64,000 bases of DNA from Promethearchaeota archaeon (GCA_030603385.1 JAUVXW010000003.1:124637-188636), one strand, 5' to 3'. Counted from the first letter of the stretch, positions 30,047 through 40,476 are shown. Made by a program: numbers and translations. Notes: generated by a model not told the origin, from the sequence alone.

Positions 30047-31081
30047 ATGTTAAAAACAAATATAACTGAAATGTTTGGGATAAAATTTCCGATTTTTTCT
30101 GCCCCAATGGGGCCTTTCCATACCGAAAAAGTCGCTGCTGCTGTCTCAGAAGCAGGAGGATTAGGTGTACTAGCTCATGTTGGGCTTATTGGGGAGAATC
30201 CTGTATCTGTAATGAAAGAGAATATGAAATATGTTGTGGAGCACACAGATAAACCTTTTGGGTTTAACATACGTACAGGTAGAATAGAACAATACTGGTA
30301 CGATAAGTTAGTAACCGAAATCCCAGAATTTATAATGGACAATCCTAAAATAAAAGAACAATGTATATATGCTGTGACAAGTGCAGGTTCATCAAGAATC
30401 CTCCCTCAATCTAAAGCCTTTCAAAAATTAAAAAATGTATCTCCGATTAAACATTTTCATGTTGCTCCAGCTTTTTGGCTAGCTGAGAAATGTGTAAAGT
30501 ATGGAGTTGATGGATTATGCGTTACGGGTTATGAAGGAGGAGGACATCAGTCTTATGAAGGTGTTGGAGGTATTGTACTGTTAAATCAAGTTCAACAAGC
30601 GTTTCCAGACATACCTAAAATTGCTGCTGGAGGTATTGCTACGGGTATTCAATTAGCTGCTGTTTTATCTATGGGTTATGGAGGTGTGGTTATGGGTACT
30701 CGCTTTATTGCCTCAGAAGAGTGTGGATTTCCTCAAGAATATAAACAGCTTACTATTGATGCTCAAGCAAAGGATACTGTTATATTGAGAGGGCAATTAG
30801 CTAATATACGGTTATATAATAATGACTATGCGAAATCTCATCAGGTTATAGTTACCAAAGAAGAAAAAATAGCATATGAACAAAGTTTGAGCCAAGAACA
30901 AGCTATAGAAAATGCATTAGCCTATGATAAGTTGTATGAAGGAGATATTGTAAACACAGCTATACCTATGGGTCAAAGTACTGGCTTAATTCATGATATT
31001 AAAGAAGTTACATCTATCATAGAAACTGTTATGAAAGATGCTGAAAATTCAATTAAGAATACTATAAAACTATTTAGGTAG
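30047..31081 (+). CDS. FMN-dependent nitronate monooxygenase / FabK-like enoyl reductase
   Basis: PIFSAPMG, VSEAGGLG, KPFGFN, EGGGH, AAGGI, MGTRF, MGQS. Confidence 0.85.
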   Translation: MLKTNITEMFGIKFPIFSAPMGPFHTEKVAAAVSEAGGLGVLAHVGLIGENPVSVMKENMKYVVEHTDKPFGFNIRTGRIEQYWYDKLVTEIPEFIMDNPKIKEQCIYAVTSAGSSRILPQSKAFQKLKNVSPIKHFHVAPAFWLAEKCVKYGVDGLCVTGYEGGGHQSYEGVGGIVLLNQVQQAFPDIPKIAAGGIATGIQLAAVLSMGYGGVVMGTRFIASEECGFPQEYKQLTIDAQAKDTVILRGQLANIRLYNNDYAKSHQVIVTKEEKIAYEQSLSQEQAIENALAYDKLYEGDIVNTAIPMGQSTGLIHDIKEVTSIIETVMKDAENSIKNTIKLFR

Positions 31082-31089
31082 ATAATACA

Positions 31090-31887
31090 ATGGATTATAA
31101 ATATATTATTGTTGAAAAGAAAGAACATATTACAATTGTTCGCCTTAACAGGCCAGAAGTAAGAAATGCAATCAATCCATACGTAAGCCTTGAGTTAGAA
31201 GATGCGTTTCATGAGTTTGAAAATGATTCAAATGCATGGATTGCAATCGTGACGGGAGTTGGTGATAAAGCATTTTCTGCTGGATTTGATTTAAAATGGG
31301 GTGCTACTGCTAGTGTCGAAGAACAAAGAGAAGCCTTTGGTAAACTTAAATACAAGGCAGTTACTGGAGGTCTAACCTTTAATCCCAATATTACTAAACC
31401 AGTCATAGCTGCTGTAAATGGTTTTGCCTTTGGTGGGGGATTCGAACTTGCATTAGGCTGTGATCTTATCATTGCTGCTGAACATGCTGTTTTTTCATTG
31501 CCTGAACCATTAGTGGGGCGGGTTCCTACTGAAGGAGGTGTTCATAGATTAGTAAGACAAATTCCATATCACCTAGCAATGGAAATCCTCTTTACTTATA
31601 AACGTATTTCCGCTCAAGAAGGCGTACAACTTGGTTTTGTAAATAAGGTAGTCCCATTAGACCAGTTAATGGCTGAAACAGAGAAAATGGCAAATGTTAT
31701 AATGGAGGGTTCACCATTAGCGATTCGAGCGATAAAGCAAATGGCAAATGATGGACTTGAGACAACATTGAGAACAGCCTTTTCTACAACGTTCCCTCTA
31801 TATAGAAAATTTACCCAGTCTCATGATTTCATAGAAGGTCCGAAAGCTTTCTCAGAAAAAAGAAAACCGAAATGGAAAGGAATCTAA
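31090..31887 (+). CDS. Enoyl-CoA hydratase (CaiD-like crotonase)
   Basis: LNRPEVRNA, AFSAGFD, GGGFE, LPEPLVG, FSEKRKP. Confidence 0.9.
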   Translation: MDYKYIIVEKKEHITIVRLNRPEVRNAINPYVSLELEDAFHEFENDSNAWIAIVTGVGDKAFSAGFDLKWGATASVEEQREAFGKLKYKAVTGGLTFNPNITKPVIAAVNGFAFGGGFELALGCDLIIAAEHAVFSLPEPLVGRVPTEGGVHRLVRQIPYHLAMEILFTYKRISAQEGVQLGFVNKVVPLDQLMAETEKMANVIMEGSPLAIRAIKQMANDGLETTLRTAFSTTFPLYRKFTQSHDFIEGPKAFSEKRKPKWKGI

Positions 31888-31922
31888 ATTAGATAGACGT
31901 TAAAAAAAGGATGTGAACAAAA

Positions 31923-32714
31923 ATGGATTACAAACATATAATTGTGGAAAAAAAAGAACATCTTACAATTGTCACCCTAAATCGACCAGAAGTATTAAAT
32001 GCACTTCACCCTTATATACAATTAGAACTTGGGCAAGTATTTAATGAATTTGAGGATGATCCAAATGCGTGGATTGCCATCTTAACAGGTGTAGGAGAAA
32101 AAGCATTTTCTGCTGGTGCTGATTTAAAGTGGGCAGCAACAACTAGTGCCAAAGAACAGAGAGAAGCTTATGCAAAGGTTAGAAATCAAGCAGGTTACCT
32201 TATAAGAAATTTTAGAATTACAAAACCTTTAATCGCTGCCGTAAATGGTCTTGCATTTGGTGGAGGTTTTGAACTTGCTTTGAGCTGTGATCTTATTATT
32301 GCTGCTGAAAACGCTACTTTTTGTCTGCCCGAACCTTTAGTAGGGAGAGTTCCTTCGGGCGGGGGGATTCATCGATTAGTACGACAAATTCCGTATCATA
32401 TAGCCATGGACATCCTCTTTACTCGTAAACGCATGTCTGCTCAAGAAGGTGTACAGCTTGATTTTGTAAGAAAAGTGGTTCCATTCAATCAATTGATTTC
32501 TGAAGCTGAGAAAACTGCAAATATAATAATGGAAGGCTCACCTCTATCGATTCGAACAATAAAACAAATGGCTAATGATGGACTTGAAATGACATTAAGA
32601 GAAGCACTCTTTGCAAATTTTCCACTGTTTACGAAATTTCTCCAATCCCACGATTTCATAGAAGGACCAAAAGCTTTCTCAGAAAAAAGAAAACCGGTTT
32701 GGAAAGGTATTTAA
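31923..32714 (+). CDS. Enoyl-CoA hydratase (CaiD-like crotonase), tandem duplicate
   Basis: AFSAGAD, GGGFE, LPEPLVG; highly similar to the preceding gene. Confidence 0.9.
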   Translation: MDYKHIIVEKKEHLTIVTLNRPEVLNALHPYIQLELGQVFNEFEDDPNAWIAILTGVGEKAFSAGADLKWAATTSAKEQREAYAKVRNQAGYLIRNFRITKPLIAAVNGLAFGGGFELALSCDLIIAAENATFCLPEPLVGRVPSGGGIHRLVRQIPYHIAMDILFTRKRMSAQEGVQLDFVRKVVPFNQLISEAEKTANIIMEGSPLSIRTIKQMANDGLEMTLREALFANFPLFTKFLQSHDFIEGPKAFSEKRKPVWKGI

Positions 32715-32830
32715 TTATAATGACGTACTTTGTGTAATTATAAAAAGTAAAAGTAGGGTAGCAAACTTAACTAAAATTTTTATTTATGAAAATATAAAAC
32801 TAAAATTAAAAAAAGAAAAGTAAAATTCTT

Positions 32831-34012
32831 ATGACTTTATCTAAACGAGAGAGAATAATACGTTTTTTAGAACTTGATGATGAACCTGATAAATGCCCAA
32901 TCTTTACATTTGGCTTTGAAACATCAGGTTGGGGTATGCAACAATATTATAACTCAGAGGAATATAAAAAAATCTTGATAAAACCAGAAGAAATAGATTT
33001 TGGTCCAGAGAGATTTCGAACCAGAATTGCATGGTTGATTACTCAGATGAACTTTTGGAATGCTGATTTAGTTATGAGTGACCCCTTTAAAAAGTATCAG
33101 AGAAACATTTATCCTATGCCCGAAGGGTATCCTGACGCAGAAAAACATAATTGGAATTGCATTAGCGGAAGGATTATGAGTGTTGGAATATCTCCTAGAA
33201 CGGGGAGAGCTCATGAATGGTATGTAGATGGATTTTTTAAAACCAAAGAGAAACTTCATGAGGTTTGGGATGAATATGGAAAACCCATCGATCGTCTTAC
33301 TGAAGGGGAGCTTTCTCCTAAATTATGGAAAGAATATGTTGATGGTTTAAGCCCTTATGTATATCCTATGGCAAATCTTAGTTTAGCTATGTCAGAATAT
33401 TTATGTGAAGGTCACACTCATGGTTATGCTATGTATTTAATGCGTAAGGATCCCAAACATATTCATTATGTTATGAATGAGTATACTAAAGCTAATGTAG
33501 AAACTATAAAGAGATTAGCTGATGCTGGAGTTGAAATCGTTATGTTCCTAGATGATTTAGGTTATAAAGGGCGAGGAATTTTTTCACCAAAAAATTTTAA
33601 GGAATTTGTTCTTCCTTATTATACACGTCTTTATCAAGCTGCTCGAAAGAGAGGGATGTTTATGGTTCAGCATAGTTGCGGATACCTACATGATTACCTC
33701 CCTCTTATGGCAGATGCTGGATTAAATTGTATTCAAGCAGTACAACCAACCGCAGAAAATGATTTAGCTTATTTAGTTGATTCACTAGGTGATAAGCTTT
33801 CGTTTATGGATTGCCTTGATGATACTCGTGTTTTAGAATTCGGAACACCGAAGGATGTTGAAGAAGATGTTAAAAAATATATCAGAATTGCTGGACCAAC
33901 AGGAAATTTCTGCCCTGGACCCACAAATACCGTATTGGACCCTCCATGGGAGAATGTCCTTGCATTAATTGCTGCTTTAGAAAAACATCGGAGTTATCCA
34001 CTAACAGTATAG
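32831..34012 (+). CDS. Uroporphyrinogen decarboxylase / MtaA-CmuA superfamily protein
   Basis: MTLSKRERI start, DDLG, QHSCG, GTPKDVEEDV, PWENVLA. Confidence 0.8.
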   Translation: MTLSKRERIIRFLELDDEPDKCPIFTFGFETSGWGMQQYYNSEEYKKILIKPEEIDFGPERFRTRIAWLITQMNFWNADLVMSDPFKKYQRNIYPMPEGYPDAEKHNWNCISGRIMSVGISPRTGRAHEWYVDGFFKTKEKLHEVWDEYGKPIDRLTEGELSPKLWKEYVDGLSPYVYPMANLSLAMSEYLCEGHTHGYAMYLMRKDPKHIHYVMNEYTKANVETIKRLADAGVEIVMFLDDLGYKGRGIFSPKNFKEFVLPYYTRLYQAARKRGMFMVQHSCGYLHDYLPLMADAGLNCIQAVQPTAENDLAYLVDSLGDKLSFMDCLDDTRVLEFGTPKDVEEDVKKYIRIAGPTGNFCPGPTNTVLDPPWENVLALIAALEKHRSYPLTV

Positions 34013-34116
34013 ATTTCTTTTAGGCTATTTTTAACCTCATAAGATTTTTTTCTCACTTGATCAATCTTCCTGATAAATATATTTCAAATAAGAAAACAAA
34101 AATAAAAGAATTAAGT

Positions 34117-35787
34117 TTATTTTTCCTGAATTGGAATATAAAGATCTAATTCAGAATAATCAGATTTTAAACTAAATCGCTGGTCATACCATTCAAATTC
34201 AGGAGCAAATGGCGATCGATCGTAATTGGGGTTGTTAGGAAGCCAATCTCCGATTATATATCTGTAAGTTTCACCTAAATTGTTCAATTTTCCAATTAAT
34301 GTAAAAACAGCATACTTTTGAGCAGGAAATGTTTCAGTTATCATTCCTTCAGGCACATCTTCAACTTTGGATACTTCATTACAAACAATAAAACGATTTT
34401 CTCCTTTTTCAGCGAGTTCTTTAGTAATTATAGAAATTGCTAATGCATGGGATTGATCTTTGTGAGGGACTTTAGTAATGAGCCCTTGAAACTTTGGCCA
34501 TATAGTTGCGGGGTTACGCGTTTCTCTTTTGCCAATGTCGTCTACACCTACCACCTGGAACTTTTCTTTATCTACAAATGATGGTCCTCTCAAAAATAAT
34601 TTAAATACGCTTGAAATTTCTTGTTTTTCACCTAAAACTAAATGAACTTTTTCCAGTTCAGTCGGAATATCGATCATCTGAGGGCACTTTTCAAGGCATT
34701 CACCACACTTTATACAAAGAGAAGCATTCCCTTCATCCTCCATCGTTTTTAACTCTTCTTCAGATGTTGCTAATGTGTTATATTTGGCTATCTGTTCCTC
34801 TTTATTTTCAATCCAAAGAAGTTCGTTTAATAACCTAAAATTTTGAGGGATATTAACTCCAGAGGGACATGGTTGGCAGTACAAGCAAAATGTACAAGGG
34901 ATTATTGATTTTTTTCTATAGCGAATAGCCATATCGGAAATTAAATCCAAATCTTCTTGACTTAAAGTATTAATCCCTGAATTATTTGCACTCTCTATGT
35001 TTTCTTTAACCATTTGCATTGAACCCATCCCGGACAATACCACAGAGACACCAGGATGATTCCATACATACTGAAGGGCCCAATCTGCCGGAGTTCTTTT
35101 TTCAGGGGCTCTTTCGATTAATTCTTCAATCTCCTTTGTTGGGGTTGCTAATTTCCCCCCTTTAATCGGCTCCATCACAACAACTGCAATGCCCTTGCCA
35201 ACAGCATACTCTAATCCTTTTGTAGTTGCTTGAGTGTTATGATCGACAAAATTCCACTGAATTTGTGACATATCCCAATTATAGTAATCAATGATTTCTT
35301 TGAAAACATCAAAGGAGTCATGAAAAGAAAATCCAATTCCTTTAATTTTTCCTTTTGCTTTGGCTTCTTCCATTTTTTTAATTAAATCCAGTTTTTTCAC
35401 AAGCTTAAATGTTTGTTTATTTAATCCATGAAAGAGATAGATATCAACATATTCAGTTTGTAGTTTTTTCAGTTGAATATTTAAAAATTTATCAAAATCC
35501 TCAGTTTTGGTTACTCGACCCATTGGTAACTTAGTTACCAGTTTTATTTTCTCACGATACCCATCTTGCAATGCTTTTCCGACGATTACTTCACTCATTT
35601 CACTATGGTACGGAAAAGCAGTATCAAAGTAATTAACACCATTATCGATTGCATATCGAATCATGTTAATTGCGTTTTCTTCATCTACCACTTCATTCCC
35701 ATTTACTTTCTTCGTGAGGAATCTCATGCATCCAAAACCTAATGCCGAGACTTCCCAATCCAAGGATCCCATTTGTCGATACTTCAT
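34117..35787 (-). CDS. Aldo/keto reductase with 4Fe-4S domain and C-terminal GyrI-like domain
   Basis: SALGFGCMR, YFDTA..Y, TKLP, GFSFH, CTFCLYCQPCP, CIKCGECLEKCP; C-terminal KYAVFT...WLP...FEWYD...LYIPI. Confidence 0.85.
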   Translation of the reverse strand: MKYRQMGSLDWEVSALGFGCMRFLTKKVNGNEVVDEENAINMIRYAIDNGVNYFDTAFPYHSEMSEVIVGKALQDGYREKIKLVTKLPMGRVTKTEDFDKFLNIQLKKLQTEYVDIYLFHGLNKQTFKLVKKLDLIKKMEEAKAKGKIKGIGFSFHDSFDVFKEIIDYYNWDMSQIQWNFVDHNTQATTKGLEYAVGKGIAVVVMEPIKGGKLATPTKEIEELIERAPEKRTPADWALQYVWNHPGVSVVLSGMGSMQMVKENIESANNSGINTLSQEDLDLISDMAIRYRKKSIIPCTFCLYCQPCPSGVNIPQNFRLLNELLWIENKEEQIAKYNTLATSEEELKTMEDEGNASLCIKCGECLEKCPQMIDIPTELEKVHLVLGEKQEISSVFKLFLRGPSFVDKEKFQVVGVDDIGKRETRNPATIWPKFQGLITKVPHKDQSHALAISIITKELAEKGENRFIVCNEVSKVEDVPEGMITETFPAQKYAVFTLIGKLNNLGETYRYIIGDWLPNNPNYDRSPFAPEFEWYDQRFSLKSDYSELDLYIPIQEK

Positions 35788-35846
35788 ATAATTCACTTCT
35801 TAAATTTATTTGTATTTAATAATAATAAAAATAGATTAAAAAAAAA

Positions 35847-36392
35847 TTATTTTCTTTGAGCTAAAAAGGTACACATTCCATCATTAGGCATCTCCTGAGT
35901 CTGACTAAACTCAACATCATCCATTTTAAGAATATTAAAGATTGTTTTCCAAGCTGTTACACATCCACTTTTACAGGGTAGCGATTTCAATTCCTCTTCT
36001 GACAATGTTTCTTTTAGTTTATTATGAACTGAACACGTTCCTTCTTCAATTGAGAAACTAAATTCTTTATTATATGCAGTTTGGATTAACACAACACTCA
36101 TTAAATGAACTGATAAGCATGCAATTTCAATAAACCTTTGAGCTTCATGAGGAAATCTTACCTCACCTGTTTTTTCAGCAACTAATTTGACCATTTCATA
36201 CATGTGATCATTATATTCTGGTTTTATTCCTAATTCATAGGTTCTTTCCATGAGCCTTTTTCCCCATTCCTCAAAAACCGAAGCATTTTTCGATTCCAGA
36301 TATTGTTCAGCAACTTTAGCTCCAGCAAATTCTTCTTCTATTGTTTTAAATAGTTTTTCAGGGATGTTATAATCATATTTTGGTTGCATCAT
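35847..36392 (-). CDS. Hypothetical protein, possible V4R-like Cys-ligated domain
   Basis: C...PCxxxC...CxF pattern in the C-terminal half; translationally coupled to the ferredoxin gene. Confidence 0.55.
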   Translation of the reverse strand: MMQPKYDYNIPEKLFKTIEEEFAGAKVAEQYLESKNASVFEEWGKRLMERTYELGIKPEYNDHMYEMVKLVAEKTGEVRFPHEAQRFIEIACLSVHLMSVVLIQTAYNKEFSFSIEEGTCSVHNKLKETLSEEELKSLPCKSGCVTAWKTIFNILKMDDVEFSQTQEMPNDGMCTFLAQRK

Positions 36393-36796
36393 ATTTTTTT
36401 CAACCCCTTATATGTTGAATCTAATTCTTCAATACGTTTTTGATTTTCCATCGCAACTTCTATTGAGTCAAATGGATGTTTATATGGATTTTCTCCTTCC
36501 TTTACTTCAGGAACTTTAATTTCAATAGTGATTGCATCCTCTGGACAATGTTTAGTACATTCCATGCATCCAATACACTTTGGTGCAGCAGATCCTGCCA
36601 CTAGATAATGTTTTGGACTATTTGGATCAGGTTTCATGAAAGCCCCAGACACATTTGGGTATGAATGGACATGAAAAACACCTTGAGGACATTTAGTATA
36701 GCATTTATAATCACAAATCATTGGTAATTGACATTTTTCTCTATCTACTTTTACTCTTATAGTTGGTATATCTAAATTTTTTATTTGTATTGCCAT
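36389..36796 (-). CDS. Ferredoxin-like 4Fe-4S protein
   Basis: CQLPMICDYKCYTKCP and CIGCMECTKHCP. Confidence 0.8.
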   Translation of the reverse strand: MAIQIKNLDIPTIRVKVDREKCQLPMICDYKCYTKCPQGVFHVHSYPNVSGAFMKPDPNSPKHYLVAGSAAPKCIGCMECTKHCPEDAITIEIKVPEVKEGENPYKHPFDSIEVAMENQKRIEELDSTYKGLKKI

Positions 36797-36808
36797 TTAT
36801 TCCACCTC

Positions 36809-37672
36809 CTACCAATCATACCTTAGAATTGGGAAATCACGCCTATTTCTCAGTTCAATAGCGTCAAATTCGCAAACACTCTCACAGAGACCACATCCAA
36901 AACACATCTGAGCATCGATCTGCGCTTTTCCCTTGCGAATATCTGCAGCTATAGCACCAAATTGACATCTCTGAATACATTTAAAGCATCCTGTGCATTT
37001 TTCTTCATTATGGATTGCAACTCTTTCTCCTTTAATTAGTTGTCTTTGTCCATAGCGTAATCTATTTTCAATTGAAGCACAATCAGGTCGCGAACAATTG
37101 CATAGACCTCCAATATATGGACCTCCATTTCTCATACCAAAATTCATCAGGTTTTGAACTAATCCTTTTTTATTCCATTTGATGACCCATTCTCGAGCTT
37201 CATCATGGTCTACCCATTCTGCACCAGCAACATATCTTGCGGGTGTTTTTTGCCATCTCATCATACCAATTCCCAGACCTAAGCAAGTCATTTTGGAACG
37301 ATCTCTCTCCACATAACCATACTTAAATTTCCTACACTCACAATGAATAAAACAAATCGGCGAGCTTATATCAATTAGATCTAGTGAATCTTGAAGCGTG
37401 AGTGTCTGAGCACCCTGAACCTGAACATGAAATCTGTTTGCAGCTCGCATTAGATCAGGAAATCTATCTTCTTTAAGATTATAGGCATCTATTGCTTGAG
37501 CGATGAGAGGTCCGGCGGCGGCTTCAATAGCTGCAGTTCCACCTTTTATACGCTTTGTATTTTTTTTCGCTAAATCTACACGATTTCGATGATACATGAA
37601 ACGAGCATATCTCTTCGCATCTTTAAACCATATTTTTGCACTTTCGTTATGAGTAAAACATATATCACACAT
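36809..37672 (-). CDS. 4Fe-4S dicluster protein (CxCR / LCNC family, N-terminal MCxxCxxH)
   Basis: MCDICFTH, CECRK, GLVQ, LCNC, CTGCFKCIQRC, CFGCGLCESVC. Confidence 0.82.
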   Translation of the reverse strand: MCDICFTHNESAKIWFKDAKRYARFMYHRNRVDLAKKNTKRIKGGTAAIEAAAGPLIAQAIDAYNLKEDRFPDLMRAANRFHVQVQGAQTLTLQDSLDLIDISSPICFIHCECRKFKYGYVERDRSKMTCLGLGIGMMRWQKTPARYVAGAEWVDHDEAREWVIKWNKKGLVQNLMNFGMRNGGPYIGGLCNCSRPDCASIENRLRYGQRQLIKGERVAIHNEEKCTGCFKCIQRCQFGAIAADIRKGKAQIDAQMCFGCGLCESVCEFDAIELRNRRDFPILRYDW

Positions 37673-37891
37673 TTTTTATTTTCTCCAAAATTTTTTCAAA
37701 AGAAGTTTATTTGTATTTTATTAAATTTTTTGTGATTTTGGTTATATATAATATTTTTGATTTATTCCAATATCAATTTCCTTTATAACTACTTTAATGT
37801 AATTTATGATAACATTTTTAGTAGTATTAAAGTTTTAAATATTTTGTGAGATAAAATCAGTTAATAACAAAAAAAAATAAAAGGTGAAAAG

Positions 37892-38647
37892 ATGGAATTT
37901 GAAACCGTTCTTTATGAAAGTAAAAATAAAATAGGTTATATTACTTTAAATAGACCTGAAAAACATAATGCATTAAGTTATCAGCTACTTGACGATATTG
38001 ATGCCGTTTTTGATCATGCGGAAGAAGATGACAGTGTAAATGTTATCGTGTTAAAAGGTGCAGGTAAGAGTTTTTGTTCTGGTTTTGACCTTAAGGGATC
38101 CTACTATTTAACAGCCCCAGAGGGGGGATGGAAATATAAAAATTCCTATGATATCTTAAATAAAAAGATATATGCGAAATATCCGCGCATATTTAATTTT
38201 CCAAAGCCAACAATTGCTCAAATTCACGGATACTGTACTGATGCTGGATGTTACCTCCAACTCATCTGTGATATCTCAGTTGCAGCAGAAGATGCAGTTT
38301 TAGGACATCCCGCTCAATTATGGGGCGGATCACAGAGTATGCCTTTATGGCAATTTTATTTAGGTGTTAAAAAAGCACGGTATCTTTTGATGAGTGGTCG
38401 AAGAATTTCCGGAAAAGAAGCAGCAGAAATGGGGCTTGTGAGCATAAGTGTTCCTCGAGATAAACTCGAAGAAGAAGTGAATAAATTAGCCACTGAAATC
38501 GCCAATATACCCGTCGCGGGGGCTTTACATAATAAGATTTGCCTTAATACTGCCCTTAAAATACGAGGTGTTGATGCTTTATTTGACTACTATGGCCAGA
38601 TGAATAGGTTCTGGAGATTTATGCCTGGGAGACCACCTAGAGAATAG
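37892..38647 (+). CDS. Atypical crotonase-family protein
   Basis: LNRPEKHNAL, SFCSGFD, KPTIAQIHG; both catalytic Glu positions are replaced. Confidence 0.85.
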   Translation: MEFETVLYESKNKIGYITLNRPEKHNALSYQLLDDIDAVFDHAEEDDSVNVIVLKGAGKSFCSGFDLKGSYYLTAPEGGWKYKNSYDILNKKIYAKYPRIFNFPKPTIAQIHGYCTDAGCYLQLICDISVAAEDAVLGHPAQLWGGSQSMPLWQFYLGVKKARYLLMSGRRISGKEAAEMGLVSISVPRDKLEEEVNKLATEIANIPVAGALHNKICLNTALKIRGVDALFDYYGQMNRFWRFMPGRPPRE

Positions 38648-38798
38648 CCAATATTAGATTGAAACATTAGTTTTATCAGCTTGATGGTATAAAATAATTT
38701 AAATTTAAAATTAATTTTTTCTATAAAAAGAATTCTTATGATTGAAAATAAAAAGTTCCTGAATAAATTAGAAATCTTTCCTTTAGAGTGATGTTACC

Positions 38799-39155
38799 AT
38801 GTGTGCAAAATTTAGAGGAATCCCCGCTTTAATATATTCAGGTTTATGGAGACGTCAAATATTTGGAAGATTAAAGAAGGACTTTCCAGGTAAAACCAAA
38901 CTAGTAGTTTATATAACTGATTATCCTCCAGCTGTTTCTATTAAAATTGATAGGGGAAATTTTGAGATGGAAAAATTAGAGGAAGTTAAAGAGATTTCAG
39001 AGTTAGAAAATATAGATTGTGATGGGTATTTTGCTGCACCCCAAGGGTATGTGTTTGGAGGTCCTACTGCTCTAATGAAAGGGGTTGAGGAGGGAAAAGT
39101 TAAGATGAAAAATGAATCAATTATCTTTTCAATTTTACTTAGAATTAGAACTTAA
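38799..39155 (+). CDS. Hypothetical protein, SCP2-like fold
   Basis: Beta-rich pattern ending in EGKVKMK, resembling the SCP2 G-K-L-K-I element. Confidence 0.5.
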   Translation: MCAKFRGIPALIYSGLWRRQIFGRLKKDFPGKTKLVVYITDYPPAVSIKIDRGNFEMEKLEEVKEISELENIDCDGYFAAPQGYVFGGPTALMKGVEEGKVKMKNESIIFSILLRIRT

Positions 39156-39172
39156 ATGTAGGCTTGATAACT

Positions 39173-40330
39173 ATGACTAAAGTTGAAAAAATGTCTGCAC
39201 TTGAAAGAATAACAACGGTTCTGGAGGGAAAAATCCCAGATCGCGTTCCTAGTTTTATCTTAGGGGGAGATTGTGATTTTGTATATAGATTCATGAATTC
39301 TCCCTATAAGCTTACAGAAGAAGATATGATACAGTTAGATAAGGATAGAGTTTCTTTTATGATTCCCTTTATTCATTCAATAGTTGCTAAATTTTCTCCT
39401 CCTGATATATTTCCTGGAGGTTTGGATGCAAAAATCGATATGTGTTGGAGCACAACTGGTGGGGGATTTATACAATTGGGCTTCACCGATAGGGTCTTAA
39501 ATAATAACGGAGGTACGTTTGATGCGGTGGTAAAGGAAGATGGGATACCACACTTCTGGTATACGGGACCGGCACTTTTAAAAAAAGAATATATTCAAGA
39601 ATATTGGGAAAAGGAAAAGGAATTGAAACCAAATCCTGCAGCGTTTCGAAATTTATCACGAATTAGAAAAACCATGTTGGAAAAATATGATATTGTAGTT
39701 TCACAGGGGATAACTGGTCCATTTGAGAATTGTGTGTTTGGCATTGGACTTGCCAATTTTGCTCGCTTTGCAAGAAAGGAACCAAGTTTCCTTCAACAAC
39801 ATATAGATTTCCAATGGGAAACAATTGAAGAACCCTCATTAAAGTTATTAATGAATCAAAAACCTGATGTAGTGATGTGTGGGGATGATTATGGATTTAA
39901 TGCGGGTTTACAAATGAATGTGAAAAACTGGCGTAAATATATTAAACCTAAATTGGCGGAATATGTTAAAATTGCACATGACGGCGGTGCTAAATTTGTT
40001 ATCCATAGTTGTGGTAATATAGGTGAGATTTTCCCAGACTTTGTCGAGATTGGCATTGATGGGGTAGAATCTTTGAAACCCAAAAACAATGATTTAAAAA
40101 TGTATAGAGAAAAGTATCCAGAAATTACTCTTATTGGAACAATTGATGATTCAGAAATGTTGATATATGAATCTCCCGAGTATATAAGAAACAATGTAAA
40201 AGATAATATAAATTCACTTGGAAAAAAAGGAGGGTATATTCCTGGCCCCACAAATTTCCTGTTAGATCACCCCCCCGAAAATATAGTTTCTCTCTATAAA
40301 GCAATACAAGACTTTGGGGCTATATATTAA
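39173..40330 (+). CDS. Uroporphyrinogen decarboxylase / MtaA-CmuA superfamily protein
   Basis: SALERI...PDRVP, GDDYG, IHSCG, GTIDD, PPENI; the ORF extends to a TTG at 39164. Confidence 0.82.
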   Translation: MTKVEKMSALERITTVLEGKIPDRVPSFILGGDCDFVYRFMNSPYKLTEEDMIQLDKDRVSFMIPFIHSIVAKFSPPDIFPGGLDAKIDMCWSTTGGGFIQLGFTDRVLNNNGGTFDAVVKEDGIPHFWYTGPALLKKEYIQEYWEKEKELKPNPAAFRNLSRIRKTMLEKYDIVVSQGITGPFENCVFGIGLANFARFARKEPSFLQQHIDFQWETIEEPSLKLLMNQKPDVVMCGDDYGFNAGLQMNVKNWRKYIKPKLAEYVKIAHDGGAKFVIHSCGNIGEIFPDFVEIGIDGVESLKPKNNDLKMYREKYPEITLIGTIDDSEMLIYESPEYIRNNVKDNINSLGKKGGYIPGPTNFLLDHPPENIVSLYKAIQDFGAIY

Positions 40331-40476
40331 ATTCAATTTTTTTTATTTTTTTAGAAATTATATTTTGCACAGAATTATTAAAAGATCAAAACAAACCATA
40401 ATTCAAAGAGAAAATCATAATCTTAACTATAAATATTAGATTATAATTACTCAAACTAAATATCAAAATTAACCAG

